From the NCBI GenBank assembly GCA_017427405.1, contig JAFRSV010000012.1, positions 5,103 to 69,102 on the forward strand: 64,000 bases of DNA, written 5' to 3'. The translations under genes and the position numbers were made by a program. This document shows, one piece after another, positions 44,461-53,408 of this stretch; position 1 is the stretch's first letter, and each line of letters opens with the position of its first letter. The notes beneath the pieces are model-generated. The model did no database searches. It was not told where the DNA came from and saw only the letters and a list, made by a program, of their open reading frames with translations. Origin of the DNA: Alphaproteobacteria bacterium. Lineage in GTDB: Bacteria; Pseudomonadota; Alphaproteobacteria; Rs-D84.

Positions 44461-44931
44461 ATGGATAAAAAACCAATATCAAAACAGGGATTTGAAAACA
44501 TTATTCGGGAATTAAAAGATTTGAAAGAGGTGCAACGCCCCGATATACTTAAAACCGTGCAATGGGCGCGGTCACTGGGCGATTTGTCGGAAAATGCGGA
44601 TTACAGTGCCGCCCGTGAAAAACAGCGTCAGATTGATAAACGAATTCAATACTTGGAAGATTTGGTGAACAATGCCGCGGTTATTGATATCGATTCTTTG
44701 TCGGGCGACCGCGTTATTTTTGGCGCACGCGTTGTGTGCGAAGACGAAGATGGAAATCGTATGCAGTGCCGAATTTTGTCGGATATCGAATCGGATGGAA
44801 AACAGGTTATATCATGCACTTCGCCGGTGGGGCGTGCGCTTATTGGGCGGTGCGTTGGGGATACTTGCGTTGTGCGGTTGCCGTCGGGTGAACGCGAATA
44901 TGAAATCTTAGAGGTTAAATTCAAGGAATAG
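44461..44931 (+). CDS. greA: Transcription elongation factor GreA
   Basis: Size and pattern fit GreA (LSENADYSAAREKQ...), with a C-terminal FKBP-like domain. Confidence 0.92.
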   Translation: MDKKPISKQGFENIIRELKDLKEVQRPDILKTVQWARSLGDLSENADYSAAREKQRQIDKRIQYLEDLVNNAAVIDIDSLSGDRVIFGARVVCEDEDGNRMQCRILSDIESDGKQVISCTSPVGRALIGRCVGDTCVVRLPSGEREYEILEVKFKE

Positions 44932-44940
44932 GGGGGCATT

Positions 44941-46698
44941 TTGTCCATAAGGCTTTTGCCTGATTATTTGGTCAATCAAATCGCCGCCGGCGAAGTTGTT
45001 GAAAACGGCGCAAGTGTCGTCAAAGAATTGGTTGAAAATGCGCTGGATGCCGGCGCGGACCAGATTATTGTTGATGCCCACGATGGGGGACGAACACTTA
45101 TAAACGTTGTTGATAATGGTTGCGGTATGGCGCGCGATGATTTGAAAAATTGCACTATGCGGCACGCCACATCAAAGTTACCCGACGATGATTTAATGAA
45201 TATAAATTTTATGGGATTTCGTGGCGAAGCCTTGCCGTCAATTGCGTCCGTGTCTGATATGACGATTGATACATGTAATGGTGTGGATAAAAATGGTTGG
45301 CACCTTGATTGCGGCACGGGTGAAATAAAACCGTCAGATTGGCAAAGCGGAACACGAATTCGTGTGCAAAATTTGTTTGCAAAAACGCCGGCGCGGTTAA
45401 AATTCTTGCGCAGTGACAGGGTTGAAACCACGGCGGTGTTGGATGTGATAAAACGCCTTAGTATGGCGCGAACGGATGTTGGTTTTGTGCTAAATAACAA
45501 ATGGCGTTTTCCAAAGGGACAACCACTGATTGACCGAATCGTTGCCGTTATGGGTGATGATGTGCGTGGGCGTATGCGTGAAGTTTTGGCGGAATCTTCA
45601 TCAGGTGCGATGAAAATTTCGGGGTATATTTCCGAACCGACCTTGCGCCGTGCATCATCGGTGGACCAATTTTTGTTTGTAAATGGCCGGCCCGTAAAAG
45701 ACAAGGTTTTGGTTGGGGCGTTGCGTGCGGCATATATGGATGTTATGCATGCACGGGAATTTCCGCTGTGCGCGTTATATTTGACATTGCCGCCGGCAAA
45801 TGTTGATGTCAATGTTTCGCCGACAAAAAATGATGTGCATTTTTTGGAACCGTCGCACGTGCGTGCGTTTATTATAAAGTCCCTGCGCGATGTGTTGGCG
45901 CAAAATATGGTGGATGTGCCGCGTGCGTCCGTACAAAATTTTTCGGAAAAAATTTCATTTGGTAATGCACCCGTTTTAACGCCACACTTGCGCCCCGCGT
46001 CATCGGCACCAATGGTGCATTCGCCGAATAAAATACAAAATCCATTTGCACAAAGTTTAATGTCTGATTTTGGCGCGATACAAAAAATGGAAACCGCACC
46101 GGTGCAAGAAAATGTTGATGATGTTTTTGACGATATGCCACTTGGGCGCGTGATAGGGCAAATTGCGAATAAATATGTTCTTGCCGCGACGGCGGACAGT
46201 TTGGTTGTCGTTGACCAACACGCGGCGCATGAACGCATTACATATGAAAAATTGCGCACGCATGCGATAAAATCGCAACCGTTGCTGACCCCGATTGTGG
46301 TGCGATTGCGCGCCGAAGATGTTGTCGCGGTTCTGACCATTACCGATGATTTGCGCGAAAGCGGGTTGGCAATTGATGCGTTCGGCGATGATGCGGTTGC
46401 GATTTTTGAAAAGCCCGCAGATTGGGATATGGATTGGGTGGCGGCATTGCACGCAATTGCGGACGAAGTTCGCGCATACGGACATTCAAGTCAGATAAAA
46501 GAAAAATTGCATCTTAAACTTGCGAACTATGCGTGTCATCATTCGGTGCGCGCGGGGCAAAAGTTGAATATGGAACAAATGAACGCGTTGTTGCGCGATA
46601 TTGAAAAAACCACGCGCGGCGGCGAATGCAACCACGGCCGCCCGGTTTATAAATTTATTCCGATTACACAAATTGATGGATGGTTTGAAAGGGTGTAA
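44941..46698 (+). CDS. mutL: DNA mismatch repair protein MutL (TTG start)
   Basis: IAAGEVVE, ELVENALDAG and DNGCGM GHKL motifs, plus a C-terminal CNHGRP. Confidence 0.93.
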   Translation: MSIRLLPDYLVNQIAAGEVVENGASVVKELVENALDAGADQIIVDAHDGGRTLINVVDNGCGMARDDLKNCTMRHATSKLPDDDLMNINFMGFRGEALPSIASVSDMTIDTCNGVDKNGWHLDCGTGEIKPSDWQSGTRIRVQNLFAKTPARLKFLRSDRVETTAVLDVIKRLSMARTDVGFVLNNKWRFPKGQPLIDRIVAVMGDDVRGRMREVLAESSSGAMKISGYISEPTLRRASSVDQFLFVNGRPVKDKVLVGALRAAYMDVMHAREFPLCALYLTLPPANVDVNVSPTKNDVHFLEPSHVRAFIIKSLRDVLAQNMVDVPRASVQNFSEKISFGNAPVLTPHLRPASSAPMVHSPNKIQNPFAQSLMSDFGAIQKMETAPVQENVDDVFDDMPLGRVIGQIANKYVLAATADSLVVVDQHAAHERITYEKLRTHAIKSQPLLTPIVVRLRAEDVVAVLTITDDLRESGLAIDAFGDDAVAIFEKPADWDMDWVAALHAIADEVRAYGHSSQIKEKLHLKLANYACHHSVRAGQKLNMEQMNALLRDIEKTTRGGECNHGRPVYKFIPITQIDGWFERV

Positions 46699-46833
46699 GT
46701 GTTGGCGCGTTCGTTTTTTTTCCTCGTCATACCGCGGAAACGCGGTATCCTGTCGTCATAGTTGAAGCCACCAGATACCGCTTTGCAGCGGTATGACGAC
46801 ACTAACACTACTACTACCACTTACCACTAACAC
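46692..46833. repeat. Post-stop composite: stop-rich head, two family-B palindromes, inverted head
   Basis: gtgTAAgtgttgg ... cgtcataccgcggaaacgcggtat ... gataccgctttgcagcggtatgacgac ... cactaacactactactaccacttaccactaacac. Confidence 0.8.
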
Positions 46834-46840
46834 TTTCTTC

Positions 46841-47084
46841 TTGCTTTTCGTTTTCATAATTTACTAAAGTGAAATTGTCGGCGGGTGTTCCGTCGATGGG
46901 GGGTAACGACCCGTTCATACGTTGCCAAAGTGGCGTAAAAAAACTCCAACCCGTGGGTTGGAGGGTCGTGAATAATATCGGGGATTCCCGATAAAATAAG
47001 CGCACAATACGTATGAATTGTCGTTAACCTCCAACCACTTGAAGTAATTCGGTGGTTTTTGTTTTGATACCAAGGGAGGATTCA
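46841..47084 (+). promoter_or_regulatory. Structured leader copy 3: promoter, 5' hairpin, uORF, three-strand switch, terminator
   Basis: TTGCTT, 18 nt, TAAAGT (46841..46870). The conserved block tcggcgggtgttccgtcgatgggg starts at 46878. uORF 46896..46994. Strand 1 CTCCAACC(C) 46944..46952, strand 2 GGTTGGAGG 46956..46964, strand 3 CCTCCAACCAC 47028..47038. Terminator AACCAC...GTGGTT plus T-run to 47060. RBS AGGGAGG. Confidence 0.7.
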
Positions 47085-48251
47085 TTGAGAAAAATCATTG
47101 TTGCAATTTGCGGAATGTTCATAACCATCATTTCTTTTGCAGCACCTGGACATTATGCAACACCAGATGGAACAAGCAACTTTGGTGATGCTTGGCATTT
47201 CAATGAAAACGCTACATATAATGTCGATATTGGAACAAGTTTTTACAGTGAACTGTCAGAACAGATATGTAAAAAAGAAGATTGTTCTGTAGAGTCGGGT
47301 CAAGGAACATATAATGATGAAAGAGCGATAGTATTGGATGTTGCGCGCGAGATATATAAAAATGGTGCAAAGTTTTGTACGACGCAAATTCAGGGCGCCA
47401 ATGCAAATGGCTGGTCTTATACCTGGATTGATTATTATAGCAATTCTAATTACGATAATAAATGCAGAGTTTATTGCAAACCCGGCTATGATCCAGAAAG
47501 TAATTGTGATAAAAAACTTTCAGGAGAAATCTGTGATGACCCAGATTATGGTATGTTTAATGAACATAAAATTATAAATGCTGGCAAAGGTGAAACAGGG
47601 CGATTTACAAAAGATATGGCTGTTTTTAGTGTTGATAATGAAACAGGAAGTAGTGATTCAAATCCGAAAACCGCAAAACATGTGGTGTTGGGTATAATAA
47701 AAAAAGATGAAAGTGGAAATGGGGTATTGGTTGCACCTATTCAAATTATCGCCAAAAGAGCGCATAATCCAATTGAAAGTTGGATATATAGTGCAAGTTA
47801 TCAAGAAAGTTTGGCTGCCGTAACTGTTTTATGCCCGCAAGGTTTTCAGGTTGATAATAGTGAAAAATGTGTTTTAACACCAAAATGTAAACAAGAACAA
47901 CAAGATGCCGAAAACGATGCGTTGCCAATGTGTAGTGGCTATGGGCATTATGATGCAATGCAACACACAATAAAAATACAAAGTACGGGTGGCAACAAAT
48001 GTAAGTATTATCGATGCAAAGAATCGAATTATGGATTTGAAAAAGGCAGTCAACATAAGTGTGTACCGTGTGGCGAGACAAAGAAATCTGGCGTTTTGCA
48101 CGGTGAGTGTAAAGTGTGCGCCACGGGGGAATTGTTTGATAAAAATGAGAGCAATGGTTGCAAAACGGCGCGAAAAATCACCAAAGAGAAAATGCGGGCG
48201 TGTTTTATGAAAACTGACCCCGATGAGTTTAAGACTTGTGTGAATAATTGA
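47085..48251 (+). CDS. Cys-rich secreted protein (unknown function, TTG start)
   Basis: Signal peptide MRKIIVAICGMFITIISFA. About 30 Cys, with CxxC-type spacing in the C-terminal third (KCVPCGETKKSGVLHGECKVCATGELF). Visibly AT-rich. Confidence 0.65.
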   Translation: MRKIIVAICGMFITIISFAAPGHYATPDGTSNFGDAWHFNENATYNVDIGTSFYSELSEQICKKEDCSVESGQGTYNDERAIVLDVAREIYKNGAKFCTTQIQGANANGWSYTWIDYYSNSNYDNKCRVYCKPGYDPESNCDKKLSGEICDDPDYGMFNEHKIINAGKGETGRFTKDMAVFSVDNETGSSDSNPKTAKHVVLGIIKKDESGNGVLVAPIQIIAKRAHNPIESWIYSASYQESLAAVTVLCPQGFQVDNSEKCVLTPKCKQEQQDAENDALPMCSGYGHYDAMQHTIKIQSTGGNKCKYYRCKESNYGFEKGSQHKCVPCGETKKSGVLHGECKVCATGELFDKNESNGCKTARKITKEKMRACFMKTDPDEFKTCVNN

Positions 48252-48257
48252 TAAAAG

Positions 48258-48318
48258 ACCACCCCGTCGCCGTTCGGCGCCACCCCTCCACAGGAGGGGA
48301 ACTTTACACCCACCACTA
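48258..48318. repeat. Family-A repeat unit
   Basis: accaccccgtcgccgttcggcgccacccctccacaggaggggaactttacacccaccac. Confidence 0.85.
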
Positions 48319-48385
48319 TTTCCTTTACTTTCGCTGTTTTTTTTTCTATTCTTGGTCCAGAAATAATGAAAAAGGAGAAAAATCT

Positions 48386-48712
48386 ATGGAAGAAACAGCG
48401 GTTGTTGAAACGGTACAAACGGTTGCGGATAGCGCGGCACAGCCCGCACAGCAGGGCAGTTGGAGTGGTTTGTTGCTTTACTGTTTGATTGTGTTCGCGG
48501 TGATTTACTTGTTTATGGTGCGGCCTAATAAAAAGCGTATGGCTGAATATCAAAAGATGGTGGACAGTATTCAGGTTGGCAATCGTATTCTTGCCGCCGG
48601 AATTTATGGAACGGTTAAAAAAATCGGCGAACGGACGATTGAAATGGAAATCGCCCCCGGCGTTGTGATAGAGGTTAGCAAGAACGCCGTCGCAAGTGTA
48701 GAGGCAAAATAA
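48386..48712 (+). CDS. yajC: Preprotein translocase subunit YajC
   Basis: Single TM followed by FMVRPNKKRMAEYQKMVDSIQVGNRI...GIYGTV, the YajC pattern. AAGGAG RBS. Confidence 0.88.
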   Translation: MEETAVVETVQTVADSAAQPAQQGSWSGLLLYCLIVFAVIYLFMVRPNKKRMAEYQKMVDSIQVGNRILAAGIYGTVKKIGERTIEMEIAPGVVIEVSKNAVASVEAK

Positions 48713-48725
48713 AAGGGTTGTGCAG

Positions 48726-50282
48726 ATGTTAAAAAAATTGCTGATTGTTTTTGTGGCGATATTTGGTGTGTTGCTTTCGGTGCCGACAATGTTTCCGAAC
48801 ACGGCGAAGTATTTCCCGTCGTTTATGCACCCGATATCGTTGGGGTTGGATTTGAAAGGTGGTGCGCAGTTGTTGCTTGAGGTTGATACCAAAACGATGT
48901 TCGATGAAAAGTCGGTGCAACTGTATGACGAAGTGCGCAGTGCGATGATTGACCGGTCAAAGGGTATGATTCGTTTTTCGGGCCTTAAAAATGTCGATGG
49001 TGTGGTGTCGTTGGTTGTGCGCGAAGATGACGAAGTGTCCAAGGCCAAGGGACGGTTGAAAAGCGTGCTGGGTGATACGGTGGATATTTCTTCGTCGGGA
49101 AATACAATCACACTTTCGTATTCGGAAAAGCAAAAGGAAGAAATGATTCAGGATGCCTTGGCGCGCAGTATCGAAATTGTGCGGCGGCGTATTGATGCAC
49201 TGGGGACCAAAGAACCGTCGATTCAAAGTCAGGGCGGAAAATATATCATGGTGCAATTGCCGGGTGTTGATAATCCGGAACATATCAAGGAATTGATTGG
49301 AAAGACCGCAAAGATGACCTTTCATTTGGTAAATGAAAATGTCACGCCGGAACAACTGGCGTCGGGTGTTGCGCCGGCGGGAACAGAGTTTTTGCCGTAT
49401 ATGGAAAGCCCGTGGTCGCGTGTGCCGGTCTATTCACGTATAGAGGTTTCGGGTGAAAGTTTGAAAGATTCCCAGGCGGATTTTGACCAAAATAATATGC
49501 CGGTTGTGACGACAGTGTTCGATGCGACGGGTGCGCGGCGATTCGCAAAACTGACCACTGAACACGTGAATGAACGATTCGCAATTGTTTTGGATGGCCA
49601 AGTTTTGTCTGCACCGACGATTCGCGAACCAATTCCGGGTGGACGTGGTCAGATTTCCGGCGGATTCACATTACAAGGTGCGAAGGATTTGGCGGTGTTG
49701 CTGCGCAGTGGTGCGTTGCCGGCCCCGTTACAGGTTATCGAAGAACGCACGGTTGGTGCGGGGTTGGGCGCCGACACGATTGCCCAGGGCAAGGTTGGGT
49801 CGTTGGTTGGTGTGGCGTTGATTATGTTATTTATGATAATTGTGTATCGCGTGTTTGGCTTTATTGCGGACATTGTTTTACTGGTAAATTTGGCGATGAT
49901 TATTGGCGTGTCCGCGTTGATGGGCGCGACATTGACGTTGCCCGGGATTGCCGGTATCGTGTTGACGCTTGGTATGGCGGTTGACGCAAACATTTTGCCG
50001 TTCGAAAGAATTCGTGATGAAATTCGGTCGGGTTCAACACCGTTGCGTGCGGTTGATTCCGGATTTAATCGTTCGATGAAAACGGTGTTGGACGGTGAAC
50101 TTACGAATTTAATTTGTGCGCTTATTTTATTCCAATTTGGTGCGGGACCGATTCGCGGGTTTGCGGTGACGCTGTCCATCGGTGTTATCACAACATTGTT
50201 CACATGTATATGGTTGTCGCGCGTCCTTATCGATTGGTATATGCGTGGAAAAAATAAAAAAATTGGTTATGTAAAAAAGTAA
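48726..50282 (+). CDS. secD: Protein translocase subunit SecD
   Basis: SecD periplasmic domain (LGLDLKGG) and C-terminal 6-TM RND-like core. Confidence 0.93.
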   Translation: MLKKLLIVFVAIFGVLLSVPTMFPNTAKYFPSFMHPISLGLDLKGGAQLLLEVDTKTMFDEKSVQLYDEVRSAMIDRSKGMIRFSGLKNVDGVVSLVVREDDEVSKAKGRLKSVLGDTVDISSSGNTITLSYSEKQKEEMIQDALARSIEIVRRRIDALGTKEPSIQSQGGKYIMVQLPGVDNPEHIKELIGKTAKMTFHLVNENVTPEQLASGVAPAGTEFLPYMESPWSRVPVYSRIEVSGESLKDSQADFDQNNMPVVTTVFDATGARRFAKLTTEHVNERFAIVLDGQVLSAPTIREPIPGGRGQISGGFTLQGAKDLAVLLRSGALPAPLQVIEERTVGAGLGADTIAQGKVGSLVGVALIMLFMIIVYRVFGFIADIVLLVNLAMIIGVSALMGATLTLPGIAGIVLTLGMAVDANILPFERIRDEIRSGSTPLRAVDSGFNRSMKTVLDGELTNLICALILFQFGAGPIRGFAVTLSIGVITTLFTCIWLSRVLIDWYMRGKNKKIGYVKK

Positions 50283-50293
50283 GGGGTTTGGTT

Positions 50294-51157
50294 ATGAAAC
50301 TGCATTTTATGAAGTATCGGAAATTGTCGTATTGGATTTCGGGTGTGTTGATTTTGGGTTCTATTTTTTCACTCTGGTTCCGGGGACTGAATTACGGAAT
50401 CGATTTTGCCGGTGGTATTTCGATGGAGGTGACATCCGTCGAATCTGATTATACTGTTGATAAAATGCGTCATGATTTGGCGGCGTTTAATCCGGAATTG
50501 CAATCGGTGGACGATAATGCAATTCTGATTCGTGTTGGTTTGCCCAAGGGGGCGACCGATGCACAACAAAATGAACGCGTGCGTGAAATCAAGGATATTT
50601 TGGGGAATCGTGTTGAATATACCCAGGTGCAAATTGTCGGGCCAAAAATTGGTGGCGAATTGGTGCGTGGTGGTATTTGGGCTGTGTTGGTTTCATTTAT
50701 TTTGATGGCGGTGTATGTATGGATTCGCTATCGCGGTGGTTATGCGGTCGGTTCGTTTGTGTCGTTGGTGTTTGACTTTGTGTTGATGTTTGGGTTCTTT
50801 TCGGCGACGGGACTTGAATTTAATCAAACGGCGATTGCAATTATTTTGATGGGTGTTGGGTATTCAATTAATGACAAGGTTGTGAACTATGACCGAATCG
50901 ATGAAAATATAAAAAAGTATCATAAGATGCCGATGGATGAATTGATTGATTTGTCGGTCAATGAAATGTTGTCGCGAACATTGCTGACCAGTATTACAAC
51001 AATGCTTGCGTTGGTTGGACTTTATGTGTTTGGTGGATTGGCATTGCAAGAATTCGCGTTGGCGATGGCGTTTTCAATTGTGATGGGGACACTTACCAGT
51101 ATGTATATTTCAAATGTTATTTTGTATCACTTTAATTTGCGTGAAACAAAATACTAA
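50294..51157 (+). CDS. secF: Protein translocase subunit SecF
   Basis: GIDFAGG motif and a SecF 6-TM core. Confidence 0.92.
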   Translation: MKLHFMKYRKLSYWISGVLILGSIFSLWFRGLNYGIDFAGGISMEVTSVESDYTVDKMRHDLAAFNPELQSVDDNAILIRVGLPKGATDAQQNERVREIKDILGNRVEYTQVQIVGPKIGGELVRGGIWAVLVSFILMAVYVWIRYRGGYAVGSFVSLVFDFVLMFGFFSATGLEFNQTAIAIILMGVGYSINDKVVNYDRIDENIKKYHKMPMDELIDLSVNEMLSRTLLTSITTMLALVGLYVFGGLALQEFALAMAFSIVMGTLTSMYISNVILYHFNLRETKY

Positions 51158-51182
51158 AACACCTTGCCAAGGAGAGGGGCAT

Positions 51183-52697
51183 ATGAAAAATTTATTAAAA
51201 ATCTTTTTTGGTGGATTCCTTTGGCTGTCGGTGATGGCGGGTGCGCGCGCCGACAGTTTGTTTTTCGAAGATGAACCAATTCAAAACGGAATAAATGTTT
51301 TTGATATGTCGCGTAATTTTGCCGAAATATATGAAACATTGGCGGGGGTTAGTTGGGGTGGAAAAAATATAAAAGTTGCAATCGAAGGTTTGGAAAATCT
51401 GAATCCGAATGCACACATCGCGGCAACCGATGAACGTGTGGTTTTGGTGTGGGGCGATACAATTGTTGGAAACTATCCGGCGCCGGAACCGCGTGATTGG
51501 AATGCGTATGGTGAAATTACAACGGCGTTGGTGCTGAAAATGCGTGAACGTGATATGTCAATGGCGATGGCAAATGAAACGGATATTTATCGGGCGGTTG
51601 TTGATTCGCTAATGCGGGGAATTGATGAAAATGGTCGTTATGTTTTGGCGGATGAAACATCGCCACTAAATGACGGTCGAATACTTACCAGTGTTGGTAT
51701 CGAAGGCGCGCGTGATGAGCGCGGTAATTTTCGGGTGCTGGGGGTGTATCGTGGTTCGCCGGCGGATAATGCGGGGATAAGTGATGGCGATTTAATTGGC
51801 GAAATAAACGGAACGTTGGTTTCGGAAATATCTGATTCGGCGTTGGCGTCGATGATGTCGGGCTTTAATTCGGGAACGGTAAAGATGACATTACTTACAC
51901 CATCGGGTCAGCGGCGCGTTGTCGTTCGGCGTGCGACAATTGTTATTGCCGATGCGGATGTTGTTTTTATGGATGATGTGAATGGTGGAATTCTTAACAT
52001 AATCGTAAATAAAATATCGAACGGTGCGGTTGCAATAATTAGCGAGGCATTGAAAAAACATCCTGATGTTTCGGGGGTAATTTTGGATTTGCGTGCGGCG
52101 GATGGTGATGATGAAAGGGCGGCGGCAAAATTGGCGGGGCTTTTTATCGGGCCGCGACCGATTATGCGTATTATTGAAAATACGCGTGATGAATTAGAAG
52201 TTGTTCCGGCGGATAATGCCGTGACCGATGCACGTGTTGTTGTGGTGGTTTCAAATATGACGCGTGGCACCGCAGAGGCGATTGCCGCCGCGTTCTATGA
52301 AAATGGTCGCGGGGTGTTGATTGGAACGCCAACATCGGGGACGGCGCGAATTGCGTCGACATTGACACTTCGTGATGGTGGGGCGTTGCGGTTGTTAAAC
52401 AAATCAATTAAAACCGGGATGGGACGAAAAATTGATGGACGTGGCGTGTTCCCGATGGTGTGTTTATCGAATATTCGGACCGGTGCGCAACAAAGTGCGT
52501 TCTTTATCAATGTGGTCAATGGTGATTTCCGTTGGCACGATTATAATGCGGATAAAAGTGTTAGTGCCGATTCGGTGCGAAATGGTTGTCCGACAATTAC
52601 AAATGGCGAAGATGAAGATTTGCTTGCCTTGGCGGTTGCAGTGCAGATTTTAACCGATTCCAAAGTTTATAGTCGATTGTTAAACTATGAAGAATAA
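51183..52697 (+). CDS. S41 (C-terminal processing peptidase)-like protein with PDZ domain
   Basis: Signal peptide, PDZ (VLGVYRGSPADNAGISDGDLIGEING) and an S41-like core (VVVVSNMTRGTAEAIAAAF...LIGTPTSGTARI). Confidence 0.65.
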   Translation: MKNLLKIFFGGFLWLSVMAGARADSLFFEDEPIQNGINVFDMSRNFAEIYETLAGVSWGGKNIKVAIEGLENLNPNAHIAATDERVVLVWGDTIVGNYPAPEPRDWNAYGEITTALVLKMRERDMSMAMANETDIYRAVVDSLMRGIDENGRYVLADETSPLNDGRILTSVGIEGARDERGNFRVLGVYRGSPADNAGISDGDLIGEINGTLVSEISDSALASMMSGFNSGTVKMTLLTPSGQRRVVVRRATIVIADADVVFMDDVNGGILNIIVNKISNGAVAIISEALKKHPDVSGVILDLRAADGDDERAAAKLAGLFIGPRPIMRIIENTRDELEVVPADNAVTDARVVVVVSNMTRGTAEAIAAAFYENGRGVLIGTPTSGTARIASTLTLRDGGALRLLNKSIKTGMGRKIDGRGVFPMVCLSNIRTGAQQSAFFINVVNGDFRWHDYNADKSVSADSVRNGCPTITNGEDEDLLALAVAVQILTDSKVYSRLLNYEE

Positions 52698-52711
52698 AAA
52701 AGGTGTTGCAT

Positions 52712-53356
52712 ATGTTTATCACACGTGAAAATAAATTGAATTGGTCGCGGATTTTAATTGGTGCAACCCTGACGGTTGCGTTGGTGTTCGGCGGAATTTT
52801 TGGATTCGATATTCCGGTGTTTAATTTTTTGCATCGGTTCGATTGCGTGACATGTGAATATATCAGTGAAATTTTTGGGGCCAAGGTTTGGTTGGTTGTT
52901 TCGTTAATTGCGCTTTGTGTTTTTTATGTGCGAAAATTTTCGCATTCGAAAAATTTTTTCAGCGATGTTTACGGGCGTGTAAAAAATAGTTATGCATTTA
53001 TGGTTTTTGCGTCCGTATTTCTTGCGTCGTTTGTTGGTGTTATTTTAAAGGTTTTAATTGGTCGGGCGCGCCCGGTCTTTTACGAGGCATTGGGTATGAC
53101 CGGTTTTTTCCCGTTCGCGCGTGATTGGGCGTTTCATTCTATGCCGTCGGGGCATGCGATGGCATCGTTTGCTGGACTCATTATGATTGGAATGCTGGTG
53201 CCACGCGCCAAGTGGTTCACGTGGACATTGGCGATTGTGATTGGTGTATCGCGTGTTTGTGTCGGTGTGCATTGGCCGTCTGATGTTATATTAGGCGCGT
53301 TTATCGGTATGGTTGCGGCGGATATTGTTTGGGCAATTGTTGCACGTGATAAATAA
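52712..53356 (+). CDS. PAP2 family phosphatase
   Basis: KVLIGRARP, PSGH and SRVCVGVHWPSD phosphatase motifs. Confidence 0.85.
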   Translation: MFITRENKLNWSRILIGATLTVALVFGGIFGFDIPVFNFLHRFDCVTCEYISEIFGAKVWLVVSLIALCVFYVRKFSHSKNFFSDVYGRVKNSYAFMVFASVFLASFVGVILKVLIGRARPVFYEALGMTGFFPFARDWAFHSMPSGHAMASFAGLIMIGMLVPRAKWFTWTLAIVIGVSRVCVGVHWPSDVILGAFIGMVAADIVWAIVARDK

Positions 53357-53408
53357 TATTTTGTTTCGGGATGCTTTTTGTGTTTTTTTATGATATAATG
53401 TCCGCGGT

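Noticed and set aside
44976-46340. 454-aa ORF on the minus strand
   Set aside because: It lies entirely antisense to the well-supported mutL. Its S/T/A/R-rich low-complexity composition is typical of a shadow frame, and it has no motifs or RBS.
48050-49111. 353-aa ORF on the minus strand
   Set aside because: It spans the end of the Cys-rich gene, a repeat, yajC and the start of secD on the opposite strand. It cannot coexist with those well-supported genes.
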